Of a stretch of 64,000 bases of DNA, positions 18,837 through 28,306 are shown in pieces. Below the pieces are notes generated by a model. The model was not told the origin of the DNA, made no database searches, and was given only the letters and a program-made list of their open reading frames with translations. Location: NCBI GenBank assembly GCA_963797765.1, contig CAWCQU010000004.1:444094-508093 (forward strand). The letters are read 5' to 3'. Source of the stretch: an uncultured Acidobacteriota bacterium (GTDB taxonomy: Bacteria > Acidobacteriota > Terriglobia > Acidiferrales > UBA7541). The translations under genes were made by a program, and so were the position numbers. Within the stretch, counting starts at the first letter, position 1. Each line of letters begins with the position of its first letter.

Positions 18837-21504
18837 ATGCTGTTTACGCTGGAACGGCCCCCAACGAAGACTGGCGAATCGGCCTCGAAATCTGCTCGTC
18901 CGCCGCAATTCGGCGTGGCGTGGGAATCGCCCGCGCACTCGTTCCGGGGAAGCCTGAAGGCATTCTTCACTCGGTCGAAGCCGTTCAAGGTCAGCCCGGC
19001 GGTTATGTTTCGTAACTATTATGTGCATCCCTACCGGCCGCGCCTGGCTTTCCTGGCTTCCGTCTTGTGGCATTTGGTAGTGATCTTTTTGATCGTCACT
19101 CCGCTTTGGCATTTTCCAACGAGCAGCACATCCGCTGGCTCCCGTTCGAATTGAACTGACCTGGTATCCGCCGGCGCGTGATCTGCCCCCTCTCACCTTT
19201 CCGGGCGAACCAACAACCCCAAGCCCCGCTGGTGAAGAGGACAAACCGCTGCCGCCCGGCGGCTCCGATGCCTATCATCCCAGGCAGACGATTCTTTCTC
19301 AGCAACGGAACCCCACGCATCCACGGCAAACTTTGATTCAACCGGATTCTTCGCCCGAGCCTCCCAAGATCGTCCCGCGGATGCCGAATATCGTCGAGTG
19401 GGGAAATAATGCCCATGGCGCGAGGGCGCCCCTCCGGCTAACGCCGTCCACGCTGGCGCCGCGACTGCCGCAGCGTTCTGGTGCGGGTACGAATGCCAGC
19501 GTTCCGGAGATGCCTAATCTAGGAAAAGATCCCGGCGGATTGACTCTCGCGCAGAATTCCGCTACCGAGCCGAAAATGCCGGTTAGCGGGAACGCCGCGC
19601 CGCGCGCTTCGAAACGCTCCAGGAAATCCGAAGTTGCCGCGGCTCCGAAAATCGGGACTTCGAAAAGTGCAACCCCTGCCGAGCCGCTCACAGTGGCCGG
19701 CAACACGAATCAGCAGCCGAAGATTCCGCAGGGGCCTGCCTCTGCTCCACGAGCATCGGAGCCATTTCGCCCCGAAGACGTAATGGCCCCTCGAATTGGC
19801 AATACGACGAATAATTCGTCTTCGACGGAAGCGCTGGGCGGTGCCCCGAATTCCAAGCCATCTTCCGAAGTGAAAATGCCCGTGCCGGATGTTTCAGCGC
19901 CGGTTTCGAATCGCACTCGCACGGATAAGCCGGCACCGGCGCCCGAAATCAGGAATAGCGCGCCCACGTACGGAAAAATGGCGACCACGGGGAACCAGCC
20001 GCCGGATGTTAAACTGCCCACCGGAACGGCGTCCTCGCCACGAAAAAATTCCGCGCGCCAGCCTGAGAATGCCTCCGCTCCGAATCTGAAACACAACGTC
20101 CCGGCTGGAGGAACAGTTGCTGGAAATTCGAATCAGCCGCCGGATGTAAAAATGCCCACCAGTTCCACAGCCGCGCCGAAAGCAAATTCGGCGCGCAATT
20201 CCGATGCCGGCGCCGCACCGGACATTAAACAAAACGCTCCGGCCAATGGGAATTTCGCGGGCAATTCGAATCGGCCGCCGGATGTAAGGATGCCCGGCAA
20301 CTCCGCGGCGGCGCCAAAGTTAAATTCTGCACGAAACTCCGATGCCGGCGCGCCGCCTGATATCAAAAACAACGGTCCGGAATCCGGAGCGGCGACCGGC
20401 AACAACCGCCCGCCGCGCGATGTGAAGATGCCCTCCGGCTCCGCAGCCGCTCCCAAATCAAAGCCTGCGCGCCAATCGGATGCAGATGCAGGCGCGGCCC
20501 CCGATCTTGGTACCACGATAACGGGCAACGAGTCGGACACTCGTCGTTTGATCGCCCTTTCCGCCAATCCCGCGCCAGTCTCCCCGGAAGTTAAGGTGCC
20601 TGCAGGCAATCTTTCCGCGAATCTTTCCATTTCTCCGGAAGGAAACCGGCCAGGTGTTCCGGGCGGAGCCTCGGCTGCGAATCCCACGGGAAATGGAGGC
20701 AGTTCTCGCCCCGGCGATAAAACCACCATCACCGGCGGGGCGGCGGCTAGTGGCACCGCGCCTGGCTCAGGTGGCGGCACAAAAAATTCCACGAATCCGA
20801 CAGGGGTGAGCATTTCAGGCGGCAATTCGAGCCAATCTGCGACGATTTCGGGGCCACCGGCTGCGGGTCAAGAGCCGCGCGCTCCAGGTTCAGGCGAAGT
20901 TCCGGCTGCTTCCCAGCCGACGGCAAGTCTGCCCGCACCGGCCACGCCGCCGCGAAATCCATCCGCTGCCGCCGGAACTCCTCCAGAAACATCCGCTTCT
21001 GCTGCCTTGCCGGCGGAACCGGAACCGGTTAATCCCACAAGAACGCAACCTTCCACCGGGATGGACCGCATCGACGCCACGTCGTCGCCTGAAGAAATTT
21101 TGGGATCGAAGCGGGTCTACACTCTCTATATCAATATGCCCAATCTCACCAGCGCGACGGGAAGCTGGGTGCTGAATTTTTCGGAATTGCGGACGGAAAA
21201 TATTCCCGATCAGCCGGGCGCGGGAGACGTCACCGGACCGCAGCCGGTCCGGAAAGTCGATCCGAAATATCCGCCCTCCCTGATGAACGCACACGTGGAA
21301 GGCGAGGTGGTCCTCTACGCGATCATCCGGCGCGACGGATCGGTGGACAGCATTCAATTGATGAAAGGAGTCGAGGGCCAGCTCGATCAAAACGCCATGG
21401 AAGCTTTTGCACGATGGAAGTTCCGCCCCGCCACCCGCAACGGAACCCCCGTCGAACTCGAAGCCGTAATCCACATCCCCTTCCGCGCCGCCCCACCCAT
21501 GTAG
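18837..21504 (+). CDS. TonB family protein. The N-terminal TM anchor frame (18837-19154) and the Pro-rich plus TonB_C body frame (open from 19093, TTG at 19333) are separated by a frameshift.
   Basis: Frame 1: ...MFRNYYVHPYRPRLAFLASVLWHLVVIFLIVTPLWHFPTSSTSAGSRSN*. Frame 2: ...AHPLAPVRIELTWYPPARDLPPLTFPGEPTTPSPAG... continuing into PVRKVDPKYPPSLMNAHVEGEVVLYAIIRRDGSVDSIQLMKGVEGQLDQNAMEAFARWKFRPATRNGTPVELEAVIHIPF (TonB C-terminal domain). Confidence 0.6.
19990..20515 (+). repeat. about four tandem units of roughly 138 nt (46 aa) inside the TonB Pro-rich region (G-N-S-N-x-P-P-D-V-K-M-P ... A-P-K-x-N-S-A-R-N-S-D-A-G-A-x-P-D-I-K)
   Basis: Repeated peptide units AGNSNQPPDVKMPTSSTAAPKANSARNSDAGAAPDIKQNAPANGNF / AGNSNRPPDVRMPGNSAAAPKLNSARNSDAGAPPDIKNNGPESGAAT and others, with matching DNA. 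Confidence 0.55.
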
Positions 21505-21570
21505 TTTCGGCTCGGCTTGCGAACAACAATTATCGCTAAGCACTCCCTTCTCGTGTCCACACGTATCCCC

Positions 21571-21618
21571 GTCATTCCGACAGAGCCCCGATGCCGTTTC
21601 TCGGGGCGACGAGGAATC
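21571..21618. repeat. REP-like nested stem-loop element, copy B (GTCATTCCGAcagagCCCCGAtgccgtttcTCGGGGCGACGAGGAATC)
   Basis: Between the convergent tonB-like and aminotransferase genes. Shares GTCATTCCGA...CGGGGCGAGGAATC with copy A. Confidence 0.5.
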
Positions 21619-21685
21619 TCCTTACCATTCCCACCGCACACAAAAATGAGAATCCAGGCGGACTCAAACAACTCACTCGGTTCTT

Positions 21686-22822
21686 CTACACCGACAAAAT
21701 CGAAATCAGCCGCGCCATATCGCTCTCCGTATTGTAAAGGTGCGGCGAAATCCGCAATGCTCCTTCGCGCAAGCTTACAAACACCTGCGATTCCGTCAAC
21801 TTCTTGTGCATGGCGGCGGCTTCGCCTTCCCGCCTAGTTGACACGCAGATAAACGGACCCCGGTGTTGTGCATCTTCGGGAGTAACCAAAATGCAGCGGT
21901 CGCGCGGCAACCGTTCGATCATCCCGCGAATCAGGTTTTGATTGTGATTCCAAACCGTATCCACACCCACTCGCAGCAAATATTCGAGCGAAGCTTCCAT
22001 CGCCGCCAGATTCGTGAAGCTCGCCGTCTCTGGTGCGTCCCAACGGCGTGAGCCACTTGAGAATCTCAATTCTTCCACCGCCAACGAGCTGAAATTGTCC
22101 GCTCCCTCAAGGGCCGTCCAATTGGCAGGGGCTGGGCGCATCTTCCCGATCAGATCGCGGCGAATCCAGAAGAATCCTGTCCCATAAGGACTCAGCAGCC
22201 ATTTATATCCCGCACAGGCCAGAAAATCGGCGCCCAGCGCGGCCGCGTCGATCCTCATCGCCCCAGCGCACTGGCTCACATCGATCAGCAGGTACGCGCC
22301 CACGGCGTGGCATGCGTCCGCCAATCGGCGGGCATTGATTCGAACCGCGTTATCGAAGCGCACCAAGCTGGTTGAAACAACTTTCGTGCGAGGCCCGATT
22401 TGCGCGATGAAATCTTCCGCCGTCAAAAAGCGTTCGCGCGGAATTACGCGCTTCACGTGGATGCCTTCGGATTTTTCGAGCGGCAGCCAGATGGAAAAGT
22501 GCGCCGGAAATTCCCCGCTTGCCACCAGCACTTCGTCGCCCGCCTGAAAATCAATTCCGTGGGCCACCGCGTTCAATCCCCCGGTTGCCCCAGTGGTGAT
22601 GGCAATTTCATCCGCGCTTCCGCCGATCAGCCGGGCCGCGAGGGCCCTTACACGGTCCGGTAAACCGAACAGCAATCCATCGGGAATTTGATACGGTTTC
22701 CTTTTCCACTCGAGCGCCGCCCGGGCGGCTTTGACGGAAAGATCCGGCAGAGGCCCCTGCGACGCCACGTTCAGGTAAGTGGCGCCTTCAAAATCGGCGA
22801 AGTCCGAGCGATAATCCGTCAT
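21686..22822 (-). CDS. class V aminotransferase / cysteine desulfurase-family PLP enzyme
   Basis: Fold-type I PLP layout, with the conserved lysine in CAGYKWLLSPYGTGFFW. Confidence 0.75.
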   Translation of the reverse strand: MTDYRSDFADFEGATYLNVASQGPLPDLSVKAARAALEWKRKPYQIPDGLLFGLPDRVRALAARLIGGSADEIAITTGATGGLNAVAHGIDFQAGDEVLVASGEFPAHFSIWLPLEKSEGIHVKRVIPRERFLTAEDFIAQIGPRTKVVSTSLVRFDNAVRINARRLADACHAVGAYLLIDVSQCAGAMRIDAAALGADFLACAGYKWLLSPYGTGFFWIRRDLIGKMRPAPANWTALEGADNFSSLAVEELRFSSGSRRWDAPETASFTNLAAMEASLEYLLRVGVDTVWNHNQNLIRGMIERLPRDRCILVTPEDAQHRGPFICVSTRREGEAAAMHKKLTESQVFVSLREGALRISPHLYNTESDMARLISILSV

Positions 22823-22886
22823 GTAGAAACCTGCCTCTCAATTTGTCCGGGATCACAACGAACCATTCGATGCCGGCGTGATGCGT

Positions 22887-23573
22887 TTAGAAGTGATTCT
22901 GAAGATCGCGAAAACTGGCAATGATCAGCAGTTTCCCCGTGCCGCTTTCAAGTTCCGATTTCTCGATCTCCCACGTGGCCGGATGCGGAATAAAAACCGC
23001 GTTCAATCCCGCGTGCAGCGCGGGATTGATATCGCTGCGCGGGCTATTTCCTACCATCCAACTATTCGCCTTCACCACGCGCAATTGGTGCACCACGCGT
23101 TCATACGCGGGCAAATCCTTTTCCGCCAGAATTTCAATGGCGTCAAAAAATTTCTGCAAGCCCGACCGCTCCACTTTGGCCGCCTGTTCCGCGGCTTCGC
23201 CTTTGGTCAGCAGAATCAGCCGGTGGCGGCCTTCCAGGTAGGAAAGCGTTTCGGGAACTCCGTCCAGAATTCGCGGCGGCGTGTTTTCCAGCTCCAGCGC
23301 CATGCGCTCGATTTCCTTCACCAGTTCGCGGCGCGCCATGTTTCCTGCCAGCTTCAGGTAGCAATCTTCGAGCGAGCGGCGAAAACTGCGCACTCCATAG
23401 CCGTGCTGCCGGATATTGCGCCGCTCCGTTTCGTTCAGAATTCGCCGCGCGTAGTCGCGCGTAAATCCCAGCGGCTCGATATGGCCGAGAAAACAGTCGA
23501 TGGTCTGCTCGAAGAAAATATTGCTTTCCCAGAGCGTATCGTCGGCGTCGATCAGCAATGTTTGCCGTGCCAT
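22887..23573 (-). CDS. HAD-family hydrolase
   Basis: LLIDADDTLW (DxD motif I), ILLTKG (motif II), VGNSPRSD (motif IV). Confidence 0.8.
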   Translation of the reverse strand: MARQTLLIDADDTLWESNIFFEQTIDCFLGHIEPLGFTRDYARRILNETERRNIRQHGYGVRSFRRSLEDCYLKLAGNMARRELVKEIERMALELENTPPRILDGVPETLSYLEGRHRLILLTKGEAAEQAAKVERSGLQKFFDAIEILAEKDLPAYERVVHQLRVVKANSWMVGNSPRSDINPALHAGLNAVFIPHPATWEIEKSELESGTGKLLIIASFRDLQNHF

Positions 23574-23651
23574 TCAGCGATTCCTCTCCACGTTCCCTTT
23601 TGCGGTCACACCGATTGCATTTCACAATAAAATGAGGCAACTTCCGCGAAG

Positions 23652-23879
23652 TCAGGAAGCTTTCCGCACACCCACCACAAGTTTTTCCAGAATGCCGCGA
23701 GCAATTTTCTGAACTTCGCCAAATTGGGTGAGATATTCCTGGAACTCGCGGTTCAATTCGAGCGCGTCGCCGGCATCCAGCTTCGTTCGCAGGATCATGT
23801 CTCGCAAGCGAACCGGGTGGGGCAGCGTGGCGTCATCGCGTAATTCTTCGAGCGCTGTATTCGGGTCGTAGTGATACAT
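23652..23879 (-). CDS. small hypothetical protein (75 aa), probably co-transcribed with the HAD gene
   Basis: Good SD (GGGAGGGACGC-ATG) and a helical, charged composition. Confidence 0.5.
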   Translation of the reverse strand: MYHYDPNTALEELRDDATLPHPVRLRDMILRTKLDAGDALELNREFQEYLTQFGEVQKIARGILEKLVVGVRKAS

Positions 23880-23933
23880 GCGTCCCTCCCTGGGGATTTC
23901 GCGGAATCATTGTACTGCCATTTTGAAATGGGA

Positions 23934-24260
23934 TCAGGCCGCGGCGGGGAGAAATTCGTAACGTTCGATTCGCGCAGCGACCCCTCGAAAAGGACTCTGG
24001 TCCTCCACGCGGAGCACCTTGGCGTAGCAGCGGATATGCACATCGCCCGCCAGCGTGATGCGCTGCGGCAACGTGAGGACCAGTTCGATCGAATCGCCGG
24101 TTTCTACGGAAGAATCCACCATGAAGTAAAGACCCCGGAAGCTCACGTCGCGGGTCTCCGCGGATTGCTCCACAAAACCGTTGTCGGTGGGAATTCGAAC
24201 CTTGATGGGAAGCGCCATGTTGAAGCGGCGAGCGGCGCGACGCTCAACCGAATTTTCCAT
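23934..24260 (-). CDS. PilZ domain protein (c-di-GMP receptor)
   Basis: RRAARRF ... DVSFRGLYF, i.e. RxxxR and DxSxxG. Confidence 0.7.
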   Translation of the reverse strand: MENSVERRAARRFNMALPIKVRIPTDNGFVEQSAETRDVSFRGLYFMVDSSVETGDSIELVLTLPQRITLAGDVHIRCYAKVLRVEDQSPFRGVAARIERYEFLPAAA

Positions 24261-24468
24261 TGTGCCCTGCCCCCTGGCGCGTATCTGCCGCAAACCCTAG
24301 CAAATAGCCGTTTAAAGCGCAACGAGATTTCGGAACGTGATCTTTCGCCAGCGCGCCTCAAACTACACTTCTTAGATGCGCCAGCCATCGAAATTAATTC
24401 GTCGCGGGAAAAATAAGTAAGGCCACAGGCGCGGCGTTTGACCTGACCGCCCGGTGCCGCTAGGATGA

Positions 24469-25095
24469 ATGAACATGTTTCGCGCAGCCGTGATATCGGA
24501 GCGACGGCTTCACTCGCGCGCCCAGATCGAATTGCCGGTGCGATTGCGGTGGCTCACCCCGTTCGGCTACCGGTTCGCAATCAGCCAGACGATTGATGTT
24601 TCCCGCGCTGGCTTGCTTCTTGCGCTTCCGGAGCCGTGTGATCTTGGCGCTCGCGTTTGGGTAGCCATGCCGTTCGATCCCGCCGAAACGGCGGCACAGC
24701 CGGAAACTCCCGCTCGCATAGTCCGTTCGGAATTGATTTCTTCGACGAGATATCGAGTGGCGCTCGAATTTAAATCGCCAGCTCATTCGACGCAGCGCGG
24801 AGTTAAGCTCGAGCGCCGCAAAAGCGCGCGGGTTTTGCTCGCCTTGCCGGTGACCGTCCGTCCAGCCAACACGCCGTGGCCGGAGGAGACGATGACCACG
24901 GATATCTCAGACGGCGGCCTGCGCTTCGAGACAGCGCGCTTCTATACCGCGGGCGAATCCGTGCTCATCCAATCGCATCATGGCATCCAGGCTCGCAGGG
25001 GTGAAATCGCGGCGCATGTGGTGCGAATTGAAGCGGGCGCGGGCGAAACCGAACAGCGCGCTGCCGTCCAATGGATTGAGTTGCGGGATTCGTAG
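24469..25095 (+). CDS. tandem PilZ domain protein
   Basis: ERRLHSR...DVSRAGLLL followed by ERRKSARV...DISDGGLRF. Divergent from the other PilZ gene. Confidence 0.7.
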   Translation: MNMFRAAVISERRLHSRAQIELPVRLRWLTPFGYRFAISQTIDVSRAGLLLALPEPCDLGARVWVAMPFDPAETAAQPETPARIVRSELISSTRYRVALEFKSPAHSTQRGVKLERRKSARVLLALPVTVRPANTPWPEETMTTDISDGGLRFETARFYTAGESVLIQSHHGIQARRGEIAAHVVRIEAGAGETEQRAAVQWIELRDS

Positions 25096-25142
25096 CTTCG
25101 ATTTCCTGAGAGGAGCAGGACGTCAATTTTAACGAGGAAACG

Positions 25143-25817
25143 ATGGCTGACGTTTTCCATCGCACGGTGAATCTGAACGGCTCAGCCGGGAGGCTGGAGG
25201 GGCTGCTGTGGACTTCACGTCTGGATAATCCATCCGTTGTCGCGGTGGTCTGCCATCCGCATCCCCTGTTCGGCGGGACGATGCACAATAAAGTTGTGTA
25301 CCAAGCGGCGAAAACCCTGCACCGGCGCGGAATGGCGGTGCTGCGATTTGATTTTCGCGGCGTGGGATTGAGCGAAGGCGCTCACGACAAAGGACGCGGC
25401 GAAGCGGACGACGTTCGAGCGGCACTCGATTACCTCGCGGCGGAATTTCCATCGCGGCCGGTTCTGCTGGCGGGATTCAGTTTCGGCGCGTGGGTGGGAT
25501 TGCGGGTGGGCTGCCAAGATTCGCGGGTGACGGATTTAGTGGGACTGGGAATTCCTGTAAACGATTCCGATTTCTCCTATCTGCACGATTGCGCCAAGCC
25601 GAAACTTTTTCTGATCGGAGGGCGCGACCAGTTTGCCTCGCGGAATCGCGCCGAAAAACTTTTCTTGCAACTTCCCGAGCCGAAGAAACTTTTCTTCGTG
25701 AATGACGCGGACCATTTCTTCAAAGATCATCTTCCGGAAATGGCCGCTGCGCTCGATTCCTGGCTCGCCGGGCGCTATCCGGACTTGAAGGCGCTCGCGC
25801 CGGAACACGGCGGCTGA
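25143..25817 (+). CDS. alpha/beta hydrolase (dienelactone hydrolase-like)
   Basis: Nucleophile elbow GFSFGAW, SD GAGGAAACG-ATG. Confidence 0.75.
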   Translation: MADVFHRTVNLNGSAGRLEGLLWTSRLDNPSVVAVVCHPHPLFGGTMHNKVVYQAAKTLHRRGMAVLRFDFRGVGLSEGAHDKGRGEADDVRAALDYLAAEFPSRPVLLAGFSFGAWVGLRVGCQDSRVTDLVGLGIPVNDSDFSYLHDCAKPKLFLIGGRDQFASRNRAEKLFLQLPEPKKLFFVNDADHFFKDHLPEMAAALDSWLAGRYPDLKALAPEHGG

Positions 25818-25844
25818 TCTGATTTCACGCCAGCGATGTCACGC

Positions 25845-26980
25845 TCAGCGTCCCGCCTCGAACAATTTTAGAAATTGATCGCGCGGCGCCGGTTCGACGG
25901 CGGCGAGCGCAAGATTCGCGAGCACGTGCTCCGGTTTGCTCATGCCCACAAGAACCGTGGTAATTCCCGGAGCCGAACGCGCGAACTGCAAAGCGCGTTC
26001 ACGATCATTCGCCAGCCCCAACGCTTCGGCGACAAACGGCGGCAGGCCTTTCGCCAGCTGACCCTGCAGTAACGCAGCGCTGGTGACCAGCGTGATTCCC
26101 AGCGGCCGCGCCGCCTGCACCATGGAAACCTGCCGTTCGCCAACCTTCTGATTCGGGCGGGTGAGCGCTTCGTGCATCGCCAGGTTGAACGGCAACTGCA
26201 CGAAACGAAAATGATGCGCATCGCCGCCTGCCTCGCGCGCCAGCCCCAGCATTTCCTCGAGCGAAAGATAATCCTGCGCGGATTGGTCCTGCCGGAACGC
26301 GTTCCAGGTGGCCAGGCCGTACATGCGAATCTTTCCGGCGTTCACGGCCAGTTCCAGGAACTGAAATGCGGCGCGGACGCGGCCATGGAAATCGTCGCGC
26401 GAAATTTCGCCCAATTGGGTTTCGGGATTGTGCAGGTACAAAACATCGATGCATTCGACGCCCAGATTTTTCAGGCTGCGCTCGATTTGATTTTCCAGAA
26501 AGCCCGGCGCCAGGCAATGGCAGCCTGCGGCCACTTCGTCGGTGTGAAAAATCCCGCGCTCCACGTATTCGCTTGTGAAATAGGGCAGCGGATCGGCCGG
26601 CATTTCGCCATCCGCGGTGAGAAATCCCGCCTTCGTGCACAAAATGATTTCATCGCGCGAGAATCCGGCGGCGAGCAATTGCGAAGCGCCGCGCCGACGG
26701 ATCGCTCGCTGCGCTGCAGCCGGTAATTGATCGCCGTATCGATTAAATTCGCGCTGTTTTCGACCGCCGCGATCACGGCCTCGGTGTAGCCCTGATCGGT
26801 TGCAGCATCCGGCTCGCCGAGGTAAGTGCCGATTCCGATGGAAGAGGTCTTCAATCCATTTTGTTCGCGGAAATGTCCGGCAGCGGCCTTGGCACCTATG
26901 CGCTCGACGTAGCGGCGCGTTCCTTCGGGCGTTGCATAACCCGGAATCGAAGCAGCAGGCGATGAGGCTGGTGATGGCAT
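25845..26980 (-). CDS. aldo/keto reductase, interrupted by a -1 frameshift near 26676
   Basis: The N-terminal 105 aa (..GIGTYLGEPD..IDTAINYRLQRSERSVGAAL) are in ORF 26471..26980. The remainder (LAAGFSRDEIILCTKAGF...YLHNPE...) is in ORF 25845..26678. Inserting one base in cgcaattg would give ...SVGAALRQLLAAGFSRDEII.... Confidence 0.7.
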
Positions 26981-27033
26981 GGATCCTCAGTGGCGCGAAA
27001 CCCCACGCACAAACCGGGCAGTATAGCAGATGC

Positions 27034-28239
27034 TCATGGTGCGGCGGCCTCCGCGGGCGGGTTCAAAACGCGGGAGCAGGCGCGAATGATGCGCCGGTAA
27101 GGCCAATCGCGCGCGTGGAAAAATATTTCGCCCTGGCGCGGCTTCGAATAAAACCAGCGCGTCAGCAGGGCAAGATGTTCGCCCAGAACTCCCGGGTCCT
27201 TTCGCACCATGGAATCTCCATTTTCTTTTTCAACGTGTTCGGCAGATTCAGAAACTGAATCGATCGCGGCTGGCGGCTCCAATTTCGCGCGCAAGATTTC
27301 TTCCATGGAACGCGGCTGGCTGGAAAGTTCGCCGAAACGAAGCGCAAATGGCTCGGCAATAATTCCGGCGCGAATCACGAAAACGGCGATGGCATTTTCT
27401 TCGGCGGACTTTTGCAGTATTACCGCGTCGAGTTCGTCCACGCGGCGGGCCAGTTCCGGGAATCCTTTCAAAACAGTTTCGGCCTTTTCGATTTTTTTGT
27501 GCAACGCCGCGGCGCGTTCAAAATCGAGCGCGGTGCTGGCGGCTTCGCGCTCTCGTTCCATTTCGTCCGTCAGCGCCAGACCACTGGTCGAGAGGGTGAC
27601 GAGGACCCGCGAGACTTCCGCGTCATATTCTTCTTTCGAGCAGCCCGCGAAGCAGGGGGCCAGGCACATTTTCATCTCGGAATAAATGCAGCCTGGATAC
27701 GCGGGATCACGGCGGATTTTGATCTGGCAGCGGCGGATTTTGAAGAGATTCAGAAATTCGTCGGCGAAGGATTCCGCGAATTTGCGATTGGGAAACGGGC
27801 CGAAGTAACTGCCGCCATCGGCGGAAATTCGGCGCGTGACGTAGCAGCGCGGATAGGCGTTTTTCATATTTACTTTCAGCAGCGCGGGGGGACGGACGCG
27901 CAGCCAATCGCGATATTTTCGCGGGAAGAGCCAGCGTGCGTGTGCGTAGAGGACGAGGGATTGTTCGAGTTTCGATCCGACGATGCGGTAGCGAATTTTC
28001 GCGGCGATTGCGCGCAGGTTGAGGCGCTTGCTTGCGGGATCGGGCGGACGCAAAATCCGCTCGGCGGCACGGCGCAGATCGGCTGTGCGGGCGAGATATG
28101 GTTCGGCGCCTTCGGCGCTTGATTCGACGAGGAAGACTGCAGGGCGCGCGGGCAATGCCGCGAAGAATTCTTCTTCGCGCGCAGCGTCGAATTCCTGTTC
28201 GCAATCAAGCGGTAGCATCTCCCTTCTCTTAAAGCCCAA
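27034..28239 (-). CDS. UvrC-homologous protein (degenerate GIY-YIG region, UvrC central region, 4-Cys and UVR motifs) lacking the C-terminal RNase H/HhH part. Cho-like.
   Basis: ...YFGPFPNRKFAESFADEFLNLFKIRRC...PAYPGCIYSEMKMCLAPCFAGCSKEEYDAEVSRVLVTLSTSG...TALDFERAAALHKKIEKAE. The true start may be the ATG at 28218 (MLPLDCEQ). Confidence 0.65.
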   Translation of the reverse strand: MGFKRREMLPLDCEQEFDAAREEEFFAALPARPAVFLVESSAEGAEPYLARTADLRRAAERILRPPDPASKRLNLRAIAAKIRYRIVGSKLEQSLVLYAHARWLFPRKYRDWLRVRPPALLKVNMKNAYPRCYVTRRISADGGSYFGPFPNRKFAESFADEFLNLFKIRRCQIKIRRDPAYPGCIYSEMKMCLAPCFAGCSKEEYDAEVSRVLVTLSTSGLALTDEMEREREAASTALDFERAAALHKKIEKAETVLKGFPELARRVDELDAVILQKSAEENAIAVFVIRAGIIAEPFALRFGELSSQPRSMEEILRAKLEPPAAIDSVSESAEHVEKENGDSMVRKDPGVLGEHLALLTRWFYSKPRQGEIFFHARDWPYRRIIRACSRVLNPPAEAAAP

Positions 28240-28257
28240 CTCTTAAACGCAATTTCA

Positions 28258-28290
28258 TGCCGGAACTGAAGCTCCGACCTCCTAAAAACC
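28258..28290. repeat. Conserved motif copy S1: short hairpin plus GAAGCTCCGACCTCCTAAAAACC
   Basis: Shares a 21-nt core with 34612-34632 and 40693-40713. Lies 17 nt downstream of the acyl-CoA dehydrogenase stop on the minus strand. Confidence 0.5.
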
Positions 28291-28306
28291 ATTTGTGAGA
28301 TAGCTT

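Noticed and set aside
18369-19244. 291-aa minus-strand ORF overlapping rsmD and the tonB 5' region
   Set aside because: Overlaps rsmD on the opposite strand. Low-complexity Arg/Gly-rich translation.
17927-21618. The REP-like hairpins as rho-independent terminators
   Set aside because: No U-tract follows any copy on either strand. True terminators in this window (9835-9868, 38008-38045, 53563-53594, 30896-30946) all have T-runs.
22878-23630. 250-aa plus-strand ORF opposite the HAD hydrolase
   Set aside because: The minus-strand frame carries the HAD motifs I, II and IV. The plus-strand product has none.
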